Source of the DNA: Bryobacterales bacterium
GTDB taxonomy: Bacteria; Acidobacteriota; Terriglobia; Bryobacterales; Bryobacteraceae
DNA length: 64,000 bases
Assembly (NCBI GenBank): GCA_963722575.1
Contig: CAVRNR010000003.1
Coordinates: 461,766-525,765, forward strand
Direction of reading: 5' to 3'
Shown here: positions 53,888 to 64,000 of the stretch, one piece after another
Numbering within the stretch: the first letter of the stretch is position 1
Layout: each line of letters opens with the position of its first letter
Position numbers and translations under genes: made by a program
Notes under the pieces: generated by a model
The model's input: the letters and a program-made list of their open reading frames with translations, nothing else
Database searches by the model: none
Told to the model about the DNA's origin: nothing

Positions 53888-54100
53888 TTGTGCCATGACG
53901 AAAGCATCGAGCCGAAACCGGAATGCGCGGAAGGACCGGAAGTGGCACTGCGATTCGACGCCTTGGTGCGAAGAGCGCTCTCCGTACCACACCAAGAGAT
54001 TATGCGGCGCGAAGCTGAGTACAAGCGGCAATCCGCCCCGAATCCCCATCGGCGCGGCCCGAGGCCGAAGGTAAGGCTTTCCGCCTCCTCTGCGCCTTAA
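53888..54100 (+). CDS. Possible small basic protein (70 aa)
   Basis: Track ORF containing ..ALRFDALVRRALSVPHQEIMRREAEYKRQSAPNPHRRGPRPK.., with a non-ATG start. It looks protein-like, but I have no family and no clear SD. Confidence 0.3.
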   Translation: MCHDESIEPKPECAEGPEVALRFDALVRRALSVPHQEIMRREAEYKRQSAPNPHRRGPRPKVRLSASSAP

Positions 54101-54110
54101 TCGAAAAATG

Positions 54111-55283
54111 TTATCCATGTGTTGTCCTAAAAGGCAGGAACGCCTCAACGACTTCCTTATTGGCCCTATTGCCGTTCGCCCCACGAATGATGAGATGCAT
54201 GCCCTGTAGGATATTGAGGTCGCGGTTCAGCTTCATCCGGACATTTCCCTGGTAGGCTTCGGCCATTCGTGGGCTGATACCAGGGATTTTCGCTAAGCGC
54301 ACTGGTTCCGCCAGATCCGATAAAGCGAGGACCAAGTCACGCCTTCTACGATCCGCATTGGATTTCTTTTCGCCAAAAGCCTCATGTACATAATTCCGCC
54401 AAATCACGTCTAGTTGAAATTCTCGAATCTCCTGGACCTGATTCCGGAGGCCATCAGCGAACCCCTGCACTGCATATTCGATGAATGGGATGTAATCGCC
54501 GCCGCTCGCGCTGGATCGTTCGAGTTGCCTGTAGTACTCGGTTCGGGTCAGGTTGTAATGATTGCTCAAGAGATGAATGGCCGGACTAGGCACGCCGCAG
54601 GCTAGCAAGATCTGGTATTCAACGAGCCGTGCCGTTCTTCCGTTGCCATCACCGAAAGGGTGAATCCACGCCAAGTATAAATGAGCGAGAATCGCACGAA
54701 CGATCCCGGACACCATACCCCCTCCCGCGCGAGCAGCTAACTCCGGACTCTGAAGCCAATCCCCTAGCCGATTGAGCAGGTATTCGCAGTCTTCGGGAGG
54801 GGCCCCACGATAGCGCGCTACCCCAACTGAATATGTGCGGACTGTTCCTGGAATTACGTTTTCCTCAAGCGATAGGCCCTTCAGGACCTGGGCGTTCAAG
54901 TGGCTAATATTTTCTGCGCGGAGCGGATTGAGTTTTCCCTCTTTTACTTGTGCCCAAATCTCTCTATAGGCTTCGAGGATGTTCTCGATTTCTTGTGCGA
55001 GGTATTCTCGTGACGGGGGAACCTTTAACTTTCCGGTGACTGCTTTCAGCGCTTCCTCTTCGGTCAAAGTATTGCCTTCAATCGCCGTCGTTGCAAGCGC
55101 ACCCTTCGCAAGGTATACGTGGTGAAGTTTGTCGGCAACATCGGGCCGAAGCGGAATCCCGGCAATATGCTCACATTTCGATTGACACTCCCCAAGAAGC
55201 ATCCACAATCGCGGCGTCGCGCGTTCGAGCCGACTTGCGGAGAATGTGAGCCATGGATGTGATACCTCATATGAGCGTTCCAT
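54111..55283 (-). CDS. Fic-family protein (AMPylase-type), class II with an N-terminal auto-inhibitory motif
   Basis: 390-aa ORF. The active site HPFGDGNGRTARL fits the pattern HxFx(D/E)GNGRxxR. The upstream TTAIEGN fits the (S/T)xxxE(G/N) inhibitory helix pattern. There is a C-terminal extension. Confidence 0.9.
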   Translation of the reverse strand: MERSYEVSHPWLTFSASRLERATPRLWMLLGECQSKCEHIAGIPLRPDVADKLHHVYLAKGALATTAIEGNTLTEEEALKAVTGKLKVPPSREYLAQEIENILEAYREIWAQVKEGKLNPLRAENISHLNAQVLKGLSLEENVIPGTVRTYSVGVARYRGAPPEDCEYLLNRLGDWLQSPELAARAGGGMVSGIVRAILAHLYLAWIHPFGDGNGRTARLVEYQILLACGVPSPAIHLLSNHYNLTRTEYYRQLERSSASGGDYIPFIEYAVQGFADGLRNQVQEIREFQLDVIWRNYVHEAFGEKKSNADRRRRDLVLALSDLAEPVRLAKIPGISPRMAEAYQGNVRMKLNRDLNILQGMHLIIRGANGNRANKEVVEAFLPFRTTHG

Positions 55284-55418
55284 ATGAGCATTGTATCACA
55301 TTAATAAAGAATAGTTTAATACAATACTGTTTTGTATAATGATACGCGTAATGTGCACATGATTGAGCGTTCTTGACGAGATGCCTACCGTTTTTTCTGG
55401 CCGCGAGGAAGTCGCGCG

Positions 55419-55571
55419 CTAGAATCGCTCATCTGCGCTCGGCCCTTCCTCCGCTTTGCCGGTCAACTCCGCGTACGTGAGGCGCTTACAGACGATCCTT
55501 CGCACCAGGAAGCTAAAGCGGTCTGCATCGCTCATGGGCTTGCGGTTGTCGAAGCGGAGTGCCTGTTCACC
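55419..55571 (-). pseudogene. Possible IS1595/ISXO2-like transposase C-terminal remnant
   Basis: The tail of track ORF 55419..55727, EQALRFDNRKPMSDADRFSFLVRRIVCKRLTYAELTG, resembles the ..F.FR.N.R....D..RF......GKRLTY..L ending I recall for this family. The upstream part of the ORF is Arg/Gly junk and no DDE domain is present. Confidence 0.4.
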
Positions 55572-55809
55572 CACAATAGATGACAAGGTTCGACGGAAAC
55601 GCAGGTTCCATGCAATCCCCGCTTCAGTAGACTCCAGAAGTTCTCCATTCCGTTGGTGTGGACGCTTTCCCCTGCCCCGCCGCCTTCCACCGCACGTCTT
55701 CCCACCCCTCAGCGCGCCCGCTGCCACTCCCCCGCGGTTGACGGGCCTTTTCGCACGGTGTTAACCTGTTCTGCTAGTAAAGACTGTCATCGGTCTCTCC
55801 TTATAAATC

Positions 55810-56259
55810 ATGGATGCCATGCTGCAAGCCCTGGGCGGAATACTGCTGAAAGCGATCCCCACATTTCTGCTCGTGGTTCTGCTCCACTTCTACTTGAAGG
55901 GCGTCTTTTTCAACCCGATGCGAAAGGTGCTGCGCCAGCGGTATGACGCCACCGAAGGGGCACGCAAGCTGGCCGCCGAGAGCCTCCAGCGCGCCGCCGC
56001 CAGGACCGCCGAATACGCAGCCGCCATGCGCGCCGCGCGGACGGAAATCTACCAGGCCCAGGAGCAGGCGCACCAGCGGCTGCAGGAAAGCGAGATGACG
56101 GAACTGGCGGCGGCCCGGCGCCACGCCGAAGCAGCCGTCGCTGAGGCCAAAACCCAGCTCGCCGGCGACGTGGAAGCCGCCAAGGCCGCTCTCGCGCGCG
56201 ATAGCGTGCTGCTGGCCAACCAGATTGCCGATTCCATCCTCCGGGGAAGCGCCGCATGA
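55810..56259 (+). CDS. F0F1 ATP synthase subunit b' (second b-type stalk subunit)
   Basis: 149-aa ORF with one N-terminal TM helix ([15 protein letters not shown]) and a long Ala/Glu/Arg-rich helix. It has an ATGA overlap with the next b-type gene. Confidence 0.8.
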   Translation: MDAMLQALGGILLKAIPTFLLVVLLHFYLKGVFFNPMRKVLRQRYDATEGARKLAAESLQRAAARTAEYAAAMRAARTEIYQAQEQAHQRLQESEMTELAAARRHAEAAVAEAKTQLAGDVEAAKAALARDSVLLANQIADSILRGSAA

Positions 56260-56795
56260 AGCGCTTCGCCACGCTGGCTCTGCTGGTTTGTTTCACGGCC
56301 GCCCCCATTTTCGCCGAAGACCAGGAAGGCGGCGGCCTGCAAATCTGGAAGTGGGCAAATTTCGTGGTGCTGGCGGGCGGCCTGGGCTACTTGATCGGCA
56401 AGAAGGGCGGCCCGTTCTTCGCCACGCGATCCATGAAGATCCGCCAGGACATCGTCGACGCGGGCGAAGCGCGCAGCCAGGCCGAAGCGCGCGCGGCCGA
56501 AGTGGACCGGCGGCTGGCCAACCTCGAGGCCGAGATCGCCGCTCTGCGCGCCGCCTCCGGCAAGGAAGAAGAGGCGGAAACCGGGCGTTTCGGGCGGCAC
56601 ACGGCGGCGGAAATCGCCAAGACCCAGGCGCAGGCCGAACAGGAAATCGCGGCCGCCGGCAAAGCCGCCCGCCTGGAATTGAAGCGCTACTGCGCCGAGC
56701 TGTCGGTCGGGCTGGCGGAACAAAAAATCCGCGCCCGCATGACGCCGGACACGCAGGATGCCTTGGTGCGCGGTTTTGTCCGCGATCTGAAATGA
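56256..56795 (+). CDS. atpF: F0F1 ATP synthase subunit b
   Basis: 179-aa ORF with a signal-like/TM region ([15 protein letters not shown]) and a long charged helix. It has an ATGA overlap with atpH. Confidence 0.85.
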   Translation: MKRFATLALLVCFTAAPIFAEDQEGGGLQIWKWANFVVLAGGLGYLIGKKGGPFFATRSMKIRQDIVDAGEARSQAEARAAEVDRRLANLEAEIAALRAASGKEEEAETGRFGRHTAAEIAKTQAQAEQEIAAAGKAARLELKRYCAELSVGLAEQKIRARMTPDTQDALVRGFVRDLK

Positions 56796-57346
56796 CACTC
56801 ACCGCCGTAGCCGCCAGATACGCCCATGCGCTTGCGGACGTGGTCACCGCCGGCGGCTCTCCGCTCCGTCCCCAGGATGCCGTCTCCGAGCTGCGCGCTT
56901 TCGCGGCGGCCCTCGCGGCCTCCACCGAATTGCAGAACGCCCTCGCCACCCCGGCGGTGCCGGCCGCCCGAAAAAGGGCGGTGGTGGCGCGCATCGCGGA
57001 GATCTTGCAGCTCTCCCGCATCTCGCGGAATTTCCTCTACGTGCTCATCGATCACCGCCGCATCGTCGCGCTACCCGGCATTCTCGACAGCTTCGAGTTG
57101 ATTGTGGACGATCGCCTGGGCTTCTCCCGCGCTGAAGTCGCCGCCGCGCGCGAAATGGCCCAGCCGCAACGCGCCGCGCTGGCCTCCGTGCTGGAGCGGC
57201 TCACGGGCAGGCGTATCCGCATGCGGTTTACGGTCGACGAACGCCTGATCGGCGGCGTGGTGGCACGGATCGGCTCCACGGTTTACGACGGTTCGGTGCG
57301 CGGGCAACTGGCGTCGCTGGGACGCCGCCTCGGCGCCGAAACCTGA
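56792..57346 (+). CDS. atpH: F0F1 ATP synthase subunit delta (OSCP)
   Basis: The start is the internal ATG at 56792 of track ORF 56225..57346. The product begins [17 protein letters not shown], and [22 protein letters not shown] is the conserved delta C-terminus. Confidence 0.85.
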   Translation: MTLTAVAARYAHALADVVTAGGSPLRPQDAVSELRAFAAALAASTELQNALATPAVPAARKRAVVARIAEILQLSRISRNFLYVLIDHRRIVALPGILDSFELIVDDRLGFSRAEVAAAREMAQPQRAALASVLERLTGRRIRMRFTVDERLIGGVVARIGSTVYDGSVRGQLASLGRRLGAET

Positions 57347-61251
<3,905 letters not shown>

Positions 61252-61253
61252 CC

Positions 61254-61646
61254 ATGCCGGACTCTTTCGAACTGGAAGTGGCCACGCCCGAGCGCCTGTT
61301 GGTGCGCGAGCAGGCGACCGAGGTGCAGGTGCCCGGCAAGAACGGCTACATGGGGATTCTGCCCGGCCACGCGGCCTTGCTCAGCCAGTTAGGAAGTGGT
61401 GTGCTGGATTATGTCGCCGGCGGCCAGCGGCGGTATCTGGCCGTGGCCGGCGGATTTCTGGAAGTGCTGCCCGGCCACGTGCGCGTGCTGGCGGATGTGG
61501 CGGAGCGTGCCGAAGATATCGACGCGGCCCGCGCCCGGGCGGCTCTTCAGCGCGCTCAGGGCGAGACTGGCGGCGAGGACCCGGCCGCGGCGCTGGCGGC
61601 CATGGAACGCGCGAAAGCGCGAATTGCGGCGGCGGAACGGAAGTAA
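61254..61646 (+). CDS. atpC: F0F1 ATP synthase subunit epsilon
   Basis: The start is the internal ATG at 61254 of track ORF 60405..61646. The product reads MPDSFELEVATPERLLVREQATEVQVPGKNGYMGILPGHAALLSQL. Confidence 0.9.
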   Translation: MPDSFELEVATPERLLVREQATEVQVPGKNGYMGILPGHAALLSQLGSGVLDYVAGGQRRYLAVAGGFLEVLPGHVRVLADVAERAEDIDAARARAALQRAQGETGGEDPAAALAAMERAKARIAAAERK

Positions 61647-62573
61647 ATGTCGTGGTTCACAGTACGGGTACCGGCCTCTAGCGCCAATCTGGGGCCGGGG
61701 TTCGACTCTCTGGGGCTGGCTCTGGGAGTGTACCTGACGTGCCACTTCCGGCCGAGCGGCGCTCTCGCCATCCGGGTCGAGGGGCGCGATGCCGCGGGCA
61801 TTTCGACCGGTCCCGACAACCTGATCTGGCAGACGGCGGTGACGGTGGCCCGGAACCACGGCGCCGAAATCCCGCCCATCGAGCTGCAAATTCAAAACGA
61901 CATCCCGCTCGGCAAGGGGATGGGATCGAGCGCGGCGGCGCTCACCACCGGGGTCATCATTGCCGACCAGTTGTTGGACCTGGGATGGAAGCCGCTGCGC
62001 ATTCTGGACGAAGCCGCGCGCCTGGAAGGCCACCCCGATAACGTGGCGCCCTGCGCGCTAGGCTCGATTGTGGCCAGCGCCATCGATTCCGGCGGGGTGA
62101 CGCGGGCCGTGCGCCTCGACCTGCCGCGGCGCTTCGGCCTGGCCGTGGTGGTGCCCGATTTCGACCTGCCCACGGTGAAGGCGCGGGCGGTGCTGCCAGC
62201 CGGCTACAGCCGCGAAGACGCCGTCTTCAACGTGCAGCGCGCGTCGCTGCTGATTGCGGCCTTGGCGGCCGGCGCCATCAACGCCTTTCCGGCCGCGCTG
62301 GAGGACCGTTTTCACCAGCCCTACCGTGAGGCGCTGGTGCCCGGCCTGCACGAGATTCTGAAGCTGCGCGCGCCCGGCCTGCTGGGATGCGCGCTGAGCG
62401 GCGCCGGCCCGTCGATCCTGGTCTTTTTCGAGCGCGGCTACGAGAGCGTCTGCGACCTGGTGCGCCAGATCTTCCGCCTCCACGGCCACGAATCCGAGAC
62501 CCTGTTCACGGGCATCGCCGAGCACGGCTTTGAGGTGACGGAAGAGGCGGAACCCGGCTCTATGAGCGGTTAG
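61647..62573 (+). CDS. thrB: Homoserine kinase
   Basis: 308-aa ORF with the VRVPASSANLGPGFDSLGLAL and GKGMGSSAAA GHMP-kinase motifs. It starts immediately after the atpC stop. Confidence 0.9.
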   Translation: MSWFTVRVPASSANLGPGFDSLGLALGVYLTCHFRPSGALAIRVEGRDAAGISTGPDNLIWQTAVTVARNHGAEIPPIELQIQNDIPLGKGMGSSAAALTTGVIIADQLLDLGWKPLRILDEAARLEGHPDNVAPCALGSIVASAIDSGGVTRAVRLDLPRRFGLAVVVPDFDLPTVKARAVLPAGYSREDAVFNVQRASLLIAALAAGAINAFPAALEDRFHQPYREALVPGLHEILKLRAPGLLGCALSGAGPSILVFFERGYESVCDLVRQIFRLHGHESETLFTGIAEHGFEVTEEAEPGSMSG

Positions 62574-62604
62574 TCTCCCTGGCGCCGATCCGCGTGCTTG
62601 ATGC

Positions 62605-62775
62605 CTAGTGCTGGTCTTCCAGGTGGCTGATGCGCCTGTCGTGGATTTCGGCGATACGCGCGAGGGCGCGGATGTTCTCGCCGTCCTGTTGGGCGAGGGT
62701 CTTGAGGGTTTCGATACCGCGGGCAGCCAACTCCAGGTTCATGGTGAGTGCTTCGAGGCGTTCGTCGAGGGTCAT
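62605..62775 (-). CDS. Small coiled-coil protein (56 aa), family member 2; below the ORF-track length cutoff
   Basis: My translation is MTLDERLEALTMNLELAARGIETLKTLAQQDGENIRALARIAEIHDRRISHLEDQH. A strong SD (CAAGGAGAAACCAAC-ATG) precedes it. It shares the MT[IL]DERLE.LT start and the H..RI..LED end with 21452..21646. Confidence 0.55.
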   Translation of the reverse strand: MTLDERLEALTMNLELAARGIETLKTLAQQDGENIRALARIAEIHDRRISHLEDQH

Positions 62776-62902
62776 GTTGGTTTCTCCTTGGCGATGGAGT
62801 GTGGCGGATCCTGATTCGATTATGCCACTGGCTGGCTGCGATCGGGCGCCTCAACATCCAGTGTGTAAACTCTCCGGCGCATGGTTGTAGACTGGGGGTT
62901 CC

Positions 62903-64000
62903 ATGTCGGATGTCTTCATAACGCTCTTGTGGGTTCAGGTGGGCGGCACCATCTGGCTCGCGCTCATCCTGCAATTGGTCTACTGGCGCGTCTATCGCGA
63001 GCCGTTTCTCCGTTTCTGGTCTCTTTCCTTCGCGGTGCTGGGACTGGCCCTGGCTTTGCAACTGGCGATGCGCGCCCCCTCCTCCGGAGACCTCATCACA
63101 TCGCCCATTCCGTACCTGCTCGGGATGCCCCAGTTCCCCCTGATTATCCTGGCGGCCCTCAGCTTGAAGCCACCCATACCCAGCCGGCGCCGGCAAATGT
63201 TCCTGCTGGCCGGGATACTGGCAGGCTTGGTCGTCTTGTGCCTGGTGACGGTCGGGATCGCCGGCGATCCCCCGAAAATGGCGCGCAGCCTCAGGTTCGA
63301 GAGGCAAATTCTGGGCGCGGTGGCCAGCGTTTGGTTCACCAGCGCGTTCTGGCGGGGGCACTATCTCGCTCATACGGCAGGCGGCCGGGTGACGGCTTTG
63401 TTCAGCGCCCTCTATGCCCTTTACTATGTGGCGCACGCCATCGCCGCCCTGGGGATTGCGCCGTACCTGACCGGGTATCCCGTCATTCTTGGCGCGATTG
63501 CCACCATTCTGCCGTTTGGCGTCGTCACCGGCATGATTCTGCTGGCTTCGCAGGCGCTGACCGCCGCCACCGAGAGCTTGCGGGACAGCGAGGAACGCTA
63601 TCGCACCCTGGTGGAGGCCACACCGGACGGGATTGTCTCCTGCGATTTGTCGCGAACGATCCTGACGTGCAATCGCCGCGCCGCTGAAATCCACGGGTAC
63701 GCCAACGCCGCCGAACTCATCGGGGAGAATGCCGTGATGTTGATCGCGCCCGCCGACCGGGAACGTGTTCTCGCTGAGACTCTCCCGACGCTCGAAGAAG
63801 GCCGGCCGACCAGTCTCGAATGCCAGATCCTGGTGCGCGACGGGTCGGAGCGGTCCGCCCGACTGACGGGGGCGCCCTTGCGCGCGGGCGATGGCGCCAT
63901 CGCCGGGTGCGTCGCGATCGTGCACGATATCACCGAGCGAAAGGAAGCCGATCGTGCGCTCCGCCGCGCACGGGAGTTCTCCGCGAGTGTCATCGACGCC
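62903..64000 (+). CDS. Membrane-bound PAS-domain sensor protein (probable histidine kinase/signalling protein); 3' end beyond window
   Basis: This frame is not in the track because it has no stop in the window. My translation from the ATG at 62903 shows about 6 hydrophobic segments (MSDVFITLLWVQVGGTIWLALILQLVYW...). A PAS domain follows (SEERYRTLVEATPDGIVSCDLSRTILTCNRRAAEIHGY...VAIVHDITERKEADRAL). Confidence 0.8.
   Translation, partial: MSDVFITLLWVQVGGTIWLALILQLVYWRVYREPFLRFWSLSFAVLGLALALQLAMRAPSSGDLITSPIPYLLGMPQFPLIILAALSLKPPIPSRRRQMFLLAGILAGLVVLCLVTVGIAGDPPKMARSLRFERQILGAVASVWFTSAFWRGHYLAHTAGGRVTALFSALYALYYVAHAIAALGIAPYLTGYPVILGAIATILPFGVVTGMILLASQALTAATESLRDSEERYRTLVEATPDGIVSCDLSRTILTCNRRAAEIHGYANAAELIGENAVMLIAPADRERVLAETLPTLEEGRPTSLECQILVRDGSERSARLTGAPLRAGDGAIAGCVAIVHDITERKEADRALRRAREFSASVIDA

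Larger units (their letters stand above)
52560..55800. mobile_element. Low-GC accessory islet (putatively horizontally acquired; no intact mobility gene)
   Basis: G+C and third-position GC bias drop visibly relative to both flanks. I judged this by eye and did not compute it. The islet contains GIY-YIG, unknown, Fic and transposase-tail genes. The boundaries are approximate. Confidence 0.5.

Noticed and set aside
55738-55766. A candidate promoter, TTGACG-N17-TTAACC, upstream of the atp genes.
   Set aside because: The -35 is good but the -10 matches only 2 of 6 consensus positions. The TATAAA at 55802-55807 is too close to the ATG. I therefore did not report it as a feature.

Overview
The window is a densely coding, high-GC bacterial chromosome segment (roughly two-thirds G+C by eye, not computed). 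It most likely comes from an Acidobacteriota genome of the Solibacter/Bryobacter type. That assignment is an inference from a TIGR03435-like protein, a TIGR03437-like C-terminal domain, an ECF-sigma/Ser-Thr-kinase pair and many signal- or TAT-bearing glycan and peptide hydrolases.

Core blocks:
- A minus-strand aromatic amino-acid supraoperon, trpC-trpF-trpB-trpA-chorismate mutase-DAHP synthase-tyrA (15.7-21.4 kb).
- A plus-strand F1Fo ATP synthase operon lacking subunits a and c (b'-b-delta-alpha-gamma-beta-epsilon), followed by thrB (55.8-62.6 kb).
- glcE/glcF, a Pat-type protein acetyltransferase, TonB, an aminotransferase and an ABC-F ATPase.

Accessory content:
- Five toxin-antitoxin loci. 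Three look like intact PIN toxin/antitoxin pairs, one is MNT plus a decayed HepT, and one is a decayed MazF remnant. Both decayed toxins carry an in-frame TAG where the family consensus has Tyr.
- A low-GC islet at about 52.6-55.8 kb with a GIY-YIG protein, an unknown 146-aa protein, a Fic protein and a transposase-tail scar. It lies directly upstream of the atp genes.
- An FRG-domain gene wedged between two TAT-signal DUF362 paralogs.
- An NYN-LOTUS protein with a 38-residue poly-Q linker.
- At least three families of REP-like palindromes at gene 3' ends.
- A pair of small coiled-coil paralogs, one below the ORF-track length cutoff.

I found no rRNA, tRNA, CRISPR array or intact IS element. 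I cannot prove any novel multi-gene system from sequence alone. The best candidates for follow-up are the low-GC islet, the TAT-DUF362/oxidoreductase cluster with its FRG insertion, the amber-interrupted toxins and the REP families.
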